DNA of 64,000 bases, from positions 3,840,001 through 3,904,000 of the forward strand of contig OZ245817.1 of assembly GCA_965228475.1 (NCBI GenBank), written 5' to 3'. Numbering within the stretch: the first letter of the stretch is position 1; each line of letters opens with the position of its first letter. The position numbers were made by a program, and so were the translations under genes. Positions 55,799 to 64,000 of the stretch are shown here, piece after piece. Below the pieces are notes generated by a model. That model was not told the origin of the DNA. It was given only the letters and a program-made list of their open reading frames with translations, and searched no databases. The DNA is from Myxococcota bacterium. GTDB taxonomy: Bacteria; Myxococcota_A; UBA9160; JAFDDA01.

Positions 55799-58017
55799 CG
55801 CGGACCTCCGCGCGCCTGATCGACGAAGATCGGCGAGGACCATGCTCGCTCCTGCACCAGGGCGAGACAGTCGTCGGCGGCGTCCGTGCGCCAGCCCCCG
55901 TGGCACGGCGTCGTCGAGACGACCCGCCCGGCTTCATCGCGCACGGCCCGGACGTTGGCGCCATTGATGGCCGGCGTCGGTTCCTGCAAAGCGCGCACGT
56001 AGTAGACCGCGTCGCGGCCGGCGCGCGGGAACGTCGGATCCTCGAATGTGACGCGGCAGCCGCCGGGGCCCGGTTCGCACGGCAAGGTGCGCCACGGATC
56101 TTCGATGAGGAGCGCGAGCGGCTCGGCGGCGTTCGCCTGGGGCCGCACGCGCACGACCTCGATGGCGGTGATGGCGTGGCGCTCGTCGCTCGGGTGGTGG
56201 CACTCGCCGCGGCAGAGGTGTTCGAGCCGCTCGGCCGAGAGCCCGCGGACCGAGGTCTCCGGGCAGCCCGGCTGCTGCTCGAAGGCGCCGAGGGCGCGGA
56301 CCTCGAAGCGCGGCGCTTCCGAGAGCACGGCCTCGCCGCCCATCGGCACGGGTGCGGCGGGATCGTTCACGAGGTCGAACCAGAGCAGGATGCGCGGGCC
56401 GCTCGTTCCGTAGACCCGGCGCTCCATCAGCGCTTCGAAGATCGCCTCGCGCGTGCGGTCGCGGGCGTGGACCGCCGCGAGACCGCCGGGGTAGAGGAAG
56501 CTCGCCGTGCGCTCGACGTCCATCAGGCCGCGCAGGCTGCGGTCCGGCCGCGTCGCTTCCTGGGCGCGCCGGGGGTCCTGCTGCTCCCCCATGATGAACT
56601 CGCGCGTCAGGCGGTCCACGAGCGGGGAGGCGATGCCGCGCGCGTCCGTGAAGTCGGTGCGTCCGACCTGCTTGTAGCCGGTGCCGGGCCGGCCGTCGTG
56701 GTTGTCGCTCGAGCCGACCAGGCCGAAGCGGAAGCGAAGCCGCTCTCCCTCGGCGTCGCGATCTTCGCCGGAGAGCGCCAGCGCCGCCTGGGCGGACATG
56801 CCGGGGCGGAGGTTCATCGCCGGTTTGAAGCAATCGCGGCACTGATCGCAGTCGAGCCAGTCCTCGGGCTGGGTGTCCGGGATCGCGAGGTGCGGCTCCG
56901 TGCTCGCCGCCGCGGCGAGGCGGCGCGCCTCGAGGACCCGTTCCTCGCAGACGTCTTCGGGCAGGTCCCCGCAGCGCTCGCGGATGATCTCTCCGGCGCG
57001 CCAGCAGCACGGCAGGTAGCCGGGGCTCGGCTCGGGGCAGTACGGCGCCTCGGCCTCCGGGTCCGGCTCCGTGAAGCTGCGGAAGGCCTCGCTGTTGCCG
57101 TGCCCCGAATAGACTTCGAGCAGACGCTGCATGTCCGGGCGGTGGGAGGCTTCGTCGAGCTGCACGGCGAGGCTGGCGCGCGGCGGCGCGTGGATTCCCC
57201 AGGCCAGGCCGTGGGGGATCACGAGGGTCGGCAGGCCCCATTGGGCGAGCTTCTCGAACAGCACGTCCGGCGTCGGCGCGTTCTCCCGGCAGTCGGCCGG
57301 CAGCTCGCGCACGTCGACCCCGGCCGGGCAGTCTTCGATGCGCGTCATCCGCTCGACCCACCAGAGGAAGTCCGCGTAGTCCGAGAAGCCGAGGCCCGGC
57401 AGCGCCTTCATCACGCGCACCGCCTTCATGCCCGCGCCGGGCGCGCGGTTCATCGTCGCGTCGGGGAGCGAGGTGATCGGGCGCGTCGGGAGCTCGGCAT
57501 CGTCGAGCCCGGGGAAGATCACGTTCTTGTGTCCGTAGTGCTCCTCGGGCCGCGGGCCGGCCTGGGTCCACTCCCAGCCGACGAAGGCCACGAGGTCCGG
57601 GTCGGCGGGGTCCGCCGCCACGGCGTTGCACTGGCGGATGGAGTCCTTCGTCGCCTCCCACCGCTCCGGAGTCAGGCCCTCGGCGTGGTCGTTGATCGAG
57701 AAGAAGTCGAGGGCCGAGCAGTAGCGCGCGAAGTCGCAGGCATCGGCGGGCGGGTGGGCGCCTTCACTCCCGAACAGCGGGAGTTGGAAGACGAAGGAAT
57801 CGATCGAGTAGCTCGTGTGGACGTGGAGGTCGCCGAACAGGATCGGCCGCTCGCCCGAGACCTCGAGCGCCGCCCGCGCCTCGGCCTGGACGCGCTCGGC
57901 CGCTTCGACCTCGTGCGCGGGGCGGGCCGCCCCCTCGATCTCACCGGGGGAGAGGTCTTCTCCGCCACAGCCGAGGGCGAGAAGCGAGAGTGCCAGCCCG
58001 AACCCTGCCCTCTTCAT
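55795..58017 (-). CDS. DUF3604-like PHP-fold metallohydrolase lipoprotein
   Basis: LALGC, GDLHVHTSYS, NDH, SSDNH, YYVR, ERAWSSPI. Confidence 0.82.
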   Translation of the reverse strand: MKRAGFGLALSLLALGCGGEDLSPGEIEGAARPAHEVEAAERVQAEARAALEVSGERPILFGDLHVHTSYSIDSFVFQLPLFGSEGAHPPADACDFARYCSALDFFSINDHAEGLTPERWEATKDSIRQCNAVAADPADPDLVAFVGWEWTQAGPRPEEHYGHKNVIFPGLDDAELPTRPITSLPDATMNRAPGAGMKAVRVMKALPGLGFSDYADFLWWVERMTRIEDCPAGVDVRELPADCRENAPTPDVLFEKLAQWGLPTLVIPHGLAWGIHAPPRASLAVQLDEASHRPDMQRLLEVYSGHGNSEAFRSFTEPDPEAEAPYCPEPSPGYLPCCWRAGEIIRERCGDLPEDVCEERVLEARRLAAAASTEPHLAIPDTQPEDWLDCDQCRDCFKPAMNLRPGMSAQAALALSGEDRDAEGERLRFRFGLVGSSDNHDGRPGTGYKQVGRTDFTDARGIASPLVDRLTREFIMGEQQDPRRAQEATRPDRSLRGLMDVERTASFLYPGGLAAVHARDRTREAIFEALMERRVYGTSGPRILLWFDLVNDPAAPVPMGGEAVLSEAPRFEVRALGAFEQQPGCPETSVRGLSAERLEHLCRGECHHPSDERHAITAIEVVRVRPQANAAEPLALLIEDPWRTLPCEPGPGGCRVTFEDPTFPRAGRDAVYYVRALQEPTPAINGANVRAVRDEAGRVVSTTPCHGGWRTDAADDCLALVQERAWSSPIFVDQARGGPR

Positions 58018-58505
58018 CGCAGCGGCACGAGCTCCTGGGCGAACGCTTCCCGCAACGCCTCGACCCGCCGGCGGTTCACGCCGCCGTCGGACCAGCCGAG
58101 CCGCGACGCCGAGCGCACGTGCACGACGCCGCCCTCTTCGTCGACGAGCAGCTCGAGATCGTCGATGAAGCGCAGGAGGGCGCTTCGGTACTCGGCGCGC
58201 AGGTAGATGCGCTGGCGCTCGACCACCTCGGCGCGCGGGTCCGCCTCGATCAGCGCCGCGAAGCGGTCGAGCGTCTCCTCGGCCCCGCCCTCGATCGGGA
58301 TCGGCGCGACGCGGCCGTCGGCGTTCCAGTTCTGGCTGGAGACGCAGTTGGGCGACTGCGGACACGGCTTCAGACGAAGGTCGAGGTGGCTCGTCGGCTC
58401 GTACAGCGCATCGTAGGAATCCGTCGAGCGGCATCCCGTCGCGCTGCCGAGGACGAGACCCGCCAGGGCGAAGACGAGAACGGAGCGCCGGGCCGGAACG
58501 CGCAT
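58014..58505 (-). CDS. DUF1499-family protein
   Basis: PCPQSPNCVSS, FIDDLE, RSASRLG.SD.GVNRRR. Confidence 0.85.
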   Translation of the reverse strand: MRVPARRSVLVFALAGLVLGSATGCRSTDSYDALYEPTSHLDLRLKPCPQSPNCVSSQNWNADGRVAPIPIEGGAEETLDRFAALIEADPRAEVVERQRIYLRAEYRSALLRFIDDLELLVDEEGGVVHVRSASRLGWSDGGVNRRRVEALREAFAQELVPLR

Positions 58506-58525
58506 GCCCCAAGGGTACCCCTCGT

Positions 58526-59134
58526 TCAGAACGGCCAGAACCCCCCCTTGCCGAGATCGTCGCGACAGCTCGCGAGCTGGCGCCCGTAGCGTTCTGCCCG
58601 CGCGGCCACCTTGCGCGCCACGCCGTCGAGCCAGGGCTTTCGCCCGTGGGACCCACGCTTGTAGCCGGCCGGGCCCTCGTGGTACGCGAGGTAGAGCCGG
58701 TACGCGTCGGTCCGGGCCACGCCGGTGATGCGCTCGATGACGTTGCCGTACCAGCCGATGAAGTCCGCGACGTCTTCGAAGTCGTCGCGGTCCGCGCCGC
58801 GGTTTCCCGTGCGGCGCCGGTAGTCGCTCCAGGTGCCCTCGGTGACCTGGCCGTAGCCGTACGCCGAAGACTGGCGCTTCCAGGGGATCACCCAGAGAAG
58901 CTTCCTGCGCGGCGGGCGGGAGTCGTGCCGGAAGCGCGACTCCTGGTGGACGATGGCGAGCTGCGTGCCTTCGGGAACGCCCCAGCGCTCCGCGGATTCG
59001 CGCGCGGCGTCCCACCAGCTCTCGTGCTGGCGGAAGATCGCGCAGGCGTCGTCCGGGTTGCGCGGCGGCCCCTTGGCGCAGCCCACGAGCAGCGCAGCCG
59101 CGGCGAACGCAGCGATGGCGGCTCCTCGCCGCAT
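58526..59134 (-). CDS. Transglycosylase SLT-like lipoprotein
   Basis: LVGC lipobox, QESRF, SSAYGY.Q, YLAYHEG. Confidence 0.8.
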   Translation of the reverse strand: MRRGAAIAAFAAAALLVGCAKGPPRNPDDACAIFRQHESWWDAARESAERWGVPEGTQLAIVHQESRFRHDSRPPRRKLLWVIPWKRQSSAYGYGQVTEGTWSDYRRRTGNRGADRDDFEDVADFIGWYGNVIERITGVARTDAYRLYLAYHEGPAGYKRGSHGRKPWLDGVARKVAARAERYGRQLASCRDDLGKGGFWPF

Positions 59135-59168
59135 GAGACCCCCCAACGACGGGAGGATAGAACGGGCC

Positions 59169-60035
59169 CTAGAACTTGGCGATCACGCTCTCGCCGAAGC
59201 CGCGGAGGGCCGCGACCTTCTTCTCGAGGGGCACCGTGTCCGCCTCGTAGGCGTTGCGGAAGCCGACGATGCAGTCCGTGATGCCCTTGTCCTCGAGCCG
59301 CCGCGCGCCGTCCACGGTGAAGCCGTCGAGGGAGATCACGTGCAGCTCGAAGGGCTCGTTCTCGCGGCCGTACTCCTTGCGGAGCTCCGCGAGGCGCGCC
59401 AGGTGGGCGTCGAGCTCCGCAGGATCTCCGCCCGCGTGCATCCAGCCGTCGCCGGCCCGCGCGGCGCGGCGCAGGGCCGCGTCCGAGTGCCCGCCGATCA
59501 GCAGCGGGATCGGCTCGCTCGGCGCGGGGCAGATCTTCAGCGCCGGGATGTCGAAGTGCTCGCCGTGGAACTCGAAGTACTCGCCCGTCCACAGGCCGCG
59601 CAGGATCTCCATCATCTCGTCCATGCGCTTGCCGCGGCCCTTCCACGCGACGCCCGAGGCGGCGAAGTCCTCGGGCCAGGGCGAGATGCCGATCCCGAAG
59701 CCGAGCCGGTTGCCCGAGAGCGCGACGATCGACGCCGCCTGCTTCGCGACGAGCACGGGCTGCCGGATCGGGAGCTTCATCACGAAGGTGGTGAACCGGA
59801 TGCGCTCGGTGACCGCGGCGAGGGCCGAGATGAGCACGAAGGGCTCGATGAAGGGCTTGCCTTCGAGGAAGCTGCGGTCGCCGTCCCCGTAGTAGGGGTA
59901 TTTCGTATCGGACTCGCGCGGGTAGCAGAGGCTGTCCGGCACGGTGAAGGAGGAGAACCCGGCCTGCTCCGCCTCGATGGCGAGCGTCGTCAGCTGGGCC
60001 GGATCGACCATGGATTCGGCGAAGGAAAAGCGCAT
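59169..60035 (-). CDS. LLM-class oxidoreductase, probable F420-dependent type
   Basis: VPDS, EPFV, GIGISPWPE, GGHS, GDGW. Confidence 0.82.
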   Translation of the reverse strand: MRFSFAESMVDPAQLTTLAIEAEQAGFSSFTVPDSLCYPRESDTKYPYYGDGDRSFLEGKPFIEPFVLISALAAVTERIRFTTFVMKLPIRQPVLVAKQAASIVALSGNRLGFGIGISPWPEDFAASGVAWKGRGKRMDEMMEILRGLWTGEYFEFHGEHFDIPALKICPAPSEPIPLLIGGHSDAALRRAARAGDGWMHAGGDPAELDAHLARLAELRKEYGRENEPFELHVISLDGFTVDGARRLEDKGITDCIVGFRNAYEADTVPLEKKVAALRGFGESVIAKF

Positions 60036-60076
60036 GGGGCGGGTGTAGCATAGGCCCGAACGCCCAAGGAGAAGCC

Positions 60077-61009
60077 ATGGCCGCCTCGGAATGGACCGCC
60101 CGCGACCTCCCGGACCTGACCGGCAAGACCTACCTCGTGACCGGAGCGAACTCCGGCCTCGGCCTCGAAACCGTGCGCGCGCTGGCCGGCGCCGGCGGCC
60201 ACGTCGCCCTCGCCTGCCGGGATCTCGGCAAGGCCGGCACGGCCATCGACGCGATCAAGGCGGATCAGCCGAAGGCTTCGCTCGAGAGCCTCGAGCTCGA
60301 CCTCTCGAGCCTCGCCTCGGTGGAAGGCTTCGCGAACGTCTGGCTCGCGAGCGAGCGCCCGCTGCACGCGCTCGTGAACAACGCGGGCGTGATGGCGCTG
60401 CCCGAGCGCCGCACCGCCGAGGGGTTCGAGATGCAGCTCGGCACCAACCACCTCGGCCACTTCGCGCTGACGGGCCGGCTGCTGCCGCGCCTGCTCGCGA
60501 CCGAGGGCGCGCGCGTCGTCAACGTCAGCAGCCACATGCACAAGTTCGGCCGCATGAAGTGGGACGACCTCCAGAGCCGCAAGAAGTATTCGAAGTGGGG
60601 GGCGTACTGTCAGAGCAAGCTCGCGAACCTGCTCTTCACCTACGAACTCCAGCGCCGCCTGCACGATGCGGGCAGCCACGTCCTGGCCCTGGCCTCGCAC
60701 CCCGGCTACTCGGCGACGAACCTCCAGACCGCCGGGCCGCGCATGGAAGGGTCGAGCCTCATGGAACGCCTCTCCCTGCTCGGAAACCGGCTCTTCTCCC
60801 AGGACGCCGCCACCGGCGCCCTCCCCTCGGTCTACGCCGCCGCCGCGCCGGACGTCGCCCCGGCGGCCTACTACGGCCCGAGCCGCTTCGGCGAAGTCTG
60901 GGGCCCGCCCAAGCGCGTCCAGTCGAACAACGCCTCCCATGATCGGGAAGCCCAGGGGCGCCTCTGGGAGATTTCGGAAGAGCTCACGGGCGTGACGTAC
61001 GCGTTCTAG
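60077..61009 (+). CDS. SDR oxidoreductase (retinol-dehydrogenase-like)
   Basis: TGANSGLG, NNAGVM, NHLGHF, YCQSK. Confidence 0.92.
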   Translation: MAASEWTARDLPDLTGKTYLVTGANSGLGLETVRALAGAGGHVALACRDLGKAGTAIDAIKADQPKASLESLELDLSSLASVEGFANVWLASERPLHALVNNAGVMALPERRTAEGFEMQLGTNHLGHFALTGRLLPRLLATEGARVVNVSSHMHKFGRMKWDDLQSRKKYSKWGAYCQSKLANLLFTYELQRRLHDAGSHVLALASHPGYSATNLQTAGPRMEGSSLMERLSLLGNRLFSQDAATGALPSVYAAAAPDVAPAAYYGPSRFGEVWGPPKRVQSNNASHDREAQGRLWEISEELTGVTYAF

Positions 61010-61023
61010 CGTACGATCGGATC

Positions 61024-61707
61024 ATGCTCGAGGAGTTCGCGCCCTCTCTCTATACGGCGGACGGCCCGACGGTGCCGTTCCTCGGCATTCCCTACCCGAC
61101 CCGCATGGCCGTTGCGAAGCTCGGCGATGGCAGCGCGTGGGTGTGGTCGCCGATCGCGTTGACGCCCGAGCTCGAGCGGGCGGTGGAGGCGATCGGGCCC
61201 GTTCGCCAGATCGTCTCGCCCAACAAGATCCACCACCTCTTCCTCGGGGAATGGACGGAGCGCTGGCCGGAAGCCCAGGTCCACGCGCCGCCGGGGCTCG
61301 CGAAGCGGAAGCCGGAGCTCCGCTTCGATGCAGAGCTCGGCGACGAACCGGCTCCCGCCTGGGCCTCGGAGATCGATCAGGTGATCTTCCACGGCTCGCT
61401 GGCCATGGAGGAGGTCGTCTTCTTCCACCGTGCATCGCGCACGGCGATCGTCTGCGATCTCGTCCAGCGCCACGACCCGGCCGGGCTCTCGGGCTGGAAG
61501 GGGATGCTGATGCGGCTCGACGGTCTCGTCGGGGACGCCGGCAGCACGCCGCGGGAGTGGCGTGCGAGCTTCCTCCGCCGCCGCCCGGCGCGGGCGGCCC
61601 GCGAGCGGCTCCTCGGCTGGCAGCCGGAGCGGCTCATCATCGCCCACGGCGCCTGCGCGCAGAGCGGCGCCACCGGCATCCTCACGCGCGCGCTCGCCTG
61701 GATCTAG
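61024..61707 (+). CDS. DUF4336-like protein
   Basis: TRM, SPI, SPNKIHHL, EVVFFH..S.T.I..DL. Confidence 0.78.
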   Translation: MLEEFAPSLYTADGPTVPFLGIPYPTRMAVAKLGDGSAWVWSPIALTPELERAVEAIGPVRQIVSPNKIHHLFLGEWTERWPEAQVHAPPGLAKRKPELRFDAELGDEPAPAWASEIDQVIFHGSLAMEEVVFFHRASRTAIVCDLVQRHDPAGLSGWKGMLMRLDGLVGDAGSTPREWRASFLRRRPARAARERLLGWQPERLIIAHGACAQSGATGILTRALAWI

Positions 61708-61822
61708 GTTCCAGCGAGCGGGGCGCATCCTCCCTCAGAACTTCCCGTTGACGCTCTTCCATTCCCCGGGCGGAGGTCGCAGTCCGCGATCCACCGCTCC
61801 GAAACGGGATAGAGTCAGCCGC

Positions 61823-62569
61823 ATGGTCTGGTCGGAAGCAGAGATCGAACGGTTCGTCGAGGAGGGGTTCCTGATCCTTCGAGACGCCTTCGCCCGCGAA
61901 GTGGCCGAAGAAGGGCGCGAGTTCATCTGGCAGAAGATGGGCCTCTCTCCGGACGCCCCGGCCGATTGGAGCGAACCCATCATCCACATCCAGGAGGGGT
62001 TCAGCTGCGCGCCGTTCGACCGCGTGATGAATCCACGCCTGGAAGCCGGCCTGTCCGAACTCATGGGCCCGGGCCGGGGCGTCCTTCACGGCTACCTCGG
62101 GTGGTGGCCCGTGCTCTTCCCGGGCTTCGAGGGCCCCGGAGGTTGGCACGTGGACGGCCACTTCCAACACCATCTGACGTCGCGGGAGCAGGGTCTCGTC
62201 ACCCTTCTGCTGTTCTCGGACATCGAACCCGGCGACGGCGGGACGGCGATCTGGCCGGGCTCCCACCACACGATCGCTCGCATGCTCGCCGAAGCGGAAC
62301 CGGACGGGCTCTCCCCCGAAGCGTTGAACGCGAACCTGCCGGAGGTGGATCTCGACCAGGTCGTCGAAGTCACGGGCAAGGCCGGCGACGTCGCCATGCT
62401 CCACCCGATGTTGATCCACGGGTTCAGCGCCAACCGCGGGCGCCGCGCCCGGTTCGCCTGCAACCCGCAGTTCCCGCTGAAAGACGCCTTGAAGATAGAT
62501 CGCCCGGACGGCGCCTACTCCCCGGTCGAGCGCGCGATCCGCGCCGCGCTCGGGCGAGGCTCCGACTAG
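61823..62569 (+). CDS. Phytanoyl-CoA dioxygenase (PhyH) family Fe(II)/2OG enzyme
   Basis: F.EEGF, WHVD, GGT..WPGSH, GDV..LHP..IH. Confidence 0.82.
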   Translation: MVWSEAEIERFVEEGFLILRDAFAREVAEEGREFIWQKMGLSPDAPADWSEPIIHIQEGFSCAPFDRVMNPRLEAGLSELMGPGRGVLHGYLGWWPVLFPGFEGPGGWHVDGHFQHHLTSREQGLVTLLLFSDIEPGDGGTAIWPGSHHTIARMLAEAEPDGLSPEALNANLPEVDLDQVVEVTGKAGDVAMLHPMLIHGFSANRGRRARFACNPQFPLKDALKIDRPDGAYSPVERAIRAALGRGSD

Positions 62570-63039
62570 GCCCCCGCGGCGCTCCTGGCCAGGGCCAGCG
62601 CCGCGAGGCCGAACGCCGCGATGGCGAGCGCCGTACGCCCCCAGTGCCACCGCGCCCAGCGGCCGAGCTCCGCACCGACCGCTCCCGTCGGAATCGACGC
62701 CTCGGCGAAGCTCGCGTTGGCCTTCTGGAAATAGAGCGGGAAGCTCGCGAGCACCGCGAGCGTCAGGACCGTCGAGGCGAGGAAGAGACCCTGCCCCTCG
62801 AGACCGGCCAGCCAGCCCGAAACGGTCGCGACGACCACGAGCAGCGTGCTGGCGACCTCGAGCGGGCCGAAGAACTTGAGCAGCAGGCTCGCGTGATCGC
62901 GATACCACGAGAGGAACGCAGCGGGATCCTGGGCTCGCCACATCGGAACCAGAACACCTGCTTCCGCCAGAAGCGCCCCCGCGGAGAGGCCGAGCGCAAG
63001 AACGGCCAGAACCCCCGCGGCGAATGCGATCCACTCCAT
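62566..63039 (-). CDS. DUF1772/anthrone oxygenase-like membrane protein
   Basis: 4 TMs; N followed by RWARWHWGRT. Confidence 0.7.
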   Translation of the reverse strand: MEWIAFAAGVLAVLALGLSAGALLAEAGVLVPMWRAQDPAAFLSWYRDHASLLLKFFGPLEVASTLLVVVATVSGWLAGLEGQGLFLASTVLTLAVLASFPLYFQKANASFAEASIPTGAVGAELGRWARWHWGRTALAIAAFGLAALALARSAAGA

Positions 63040-63078
63040 CTCGAGACTCCTATCGCCCCACCCGACGGCGCCGGCCGT

Positions 63079-63471
63079 TCAGGAGGGATCTCCCTCGAAC
63101 TGCTTCGCCCCCTCCGGAATCACGCACCAGGACGGCTTGCTCGCCACGTGCTCGTGGAAGCTGATCTCGACGTCGGCGCCCTCGTCGAAGCAGTTCACGG
63201 ACACGGGGAACATGCGCTCGCTCGAGGTGATCTCACCGAGGGCCGTTCCGCACGTGCCGCAGAAGCAGCGGACGTACCGAAAGGATGCCTCCGGCTGGTA
63301 CTCGACGATGCTCTCGCGCCCCTGCTCCAACGTGAACGCCTCCGCTTCGACCATGGCGAACGGGGTCGCGCCGACCTTACGGCATCGCGAGCAGTAGCAG
63401 GCGCCGACGAAGCGGGGTTCGGCCGAGATCGAGAAGCGGACTTCGCCGCAGCAGCAGCTCCCCTGGATCAT
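63079..63471 (-). CDS. GFA/Mss4-like Zn-binding protein
   Basis: GSCCCG, CYCSRCRK, FCGTCG. Confidence 0.88.
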   Translation of the reverse strand: MIQGSCCCGEVRFSISAEPRFVGACYCSRCRKVGATPFAMVEAEAFTLEQGRESIVEYQPEASFRYVRCFCGTCGTALGEITSSERMFPVSVNCFDEGADVEISFHEHVASKPSWCVIPEGAKQFEGDPS

Positions 63472-63487
63472 TCGAAATCCTCCCGGA

Positions 63488-63874
63488 TCAGCCGACGTCG
63501 CCGGGCAGGCTGGCGAGCACGACGACGTAGCCGTCGGGATCCCGCAGCCAGCACTCCCGGTGGCCCGCGTTGGCGTTGACGTGTGGTTCTTCGACGATCT
63601 CCGCCCGGAGGTCGCGCGCCCGGCCGACGGCCGCGTCGAACGCCTCGGTCTGGAACCAGAGCAATGCGCCGTTTCCGTAGGGCTCCCGCTCGGGGTCGCC
63701 CATGTGGGGGTGCGCCTCGGGCTCCCAGGCGTGGAGCTGCAGAACGATCTCGCCGCCGTGGAGGAGCCGTTCGTAGCCTCTGCCCCCGTGGCCGCTCGAG
63801 CAGCCGAGAACCCGCTGGTACCAGCGGCTGCTCGCTTCGACGTCGCGCACGGCGATGAGCGGTTGAGGACGCAC
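63488..63874 (-). CDS. VOC/glyoxalase family protein
   Basis: VRDVEAS..WY..VLG, RDPDGY. Confidence 0.85.
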   Translation of the reverse strand: MRPQPLIAVRDVEASSRWYQRVLGCSSGHGGRGYERLLHGGEIVLQLHAWEPEAHPHMGDPEREPYGNGALLWFQTEAFDAAVGRARDLRAEIVEEPHVNANAGHRECWLRDPDGYVVVLASLPGDVG

Positions 63875-63941
63875 GCGAACCCTCCCGAACCGACCTTATC
63901 ACGTCGGGCGCTCCCATCCGGGGGATGCGAAGCTCTGCGGC

Positions 63942-64000
63942 ATGGAACCCCTGGTGATCCGCCTCGCCGAGCCGCCCGAGCTCGAGGCCGCGACGGAAGT
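63942..64000 (+). CDS. 5' end of a CDS, possibly GNAT acetyltransferase
   Basis: MEPLVIRLAEPPELEAA resembles GNAT N-termini; only 19 codons visible. Confidence 0.35.
   Translation, partial: MEPLVIRLAEPPELEAATE

Noticed and set aside
1..64000. Mobile elements, prophage or anti-phage defence systems
   Set aside because: No transposase, integrase, phage structural or recognisable defence genes; the patatin and kinase lack CBASS/defence partners

Overview
High-GC bacterial chromosomal segment. It appears to come from a Gram-negative (diderm) cell, given the porin, lipoproteins and PEP-CTERM protein. Gene content suggests a Myxococcota/deltaproteobacterial-type lineage (inference only). About 55 tightly packed CDSs; I found no rRNA, tRNA, CRISPR array, transposase or integrase. 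The left 16 kb is a sigma54-rich region: type II glutamine synthetase, a candidate structured sRNA and a glycosyltransferase/FkbM operon each sit behind a consensus TGGCAC-N5-TTGC promoter, near a porin/PBP-like/histidine kinase/NtrC module and a second enhancer-binding protein. The rest is mostly lipid, redox and hydrolase metabolism (acyl-CoA dehydrogenase pair, LLM oxidoreductases, two ferritin-like diiron proteins, desaturase, SelD fusion, patatin, DUF3604). Top observations: (1) a hidden tandem AhpD-like selenoprotein (CxxC + CxxU, in-frame UGA at 53760-53762 plus a SECIS-like hairpin) that ORF calling splits into two genes, 3.6 kb from a SelD fusion; (2) a sigma54-driven ~140-nt multi-hairpin RNA candidate at 4588-4729; (3) recurrent 20- and 36-bp duplications at gene 3' ends; (4) a PD-(D/E)XK-like plus Tudor-like fusion protein. 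All calls are from reading sequence and motifs; no database searches were run.
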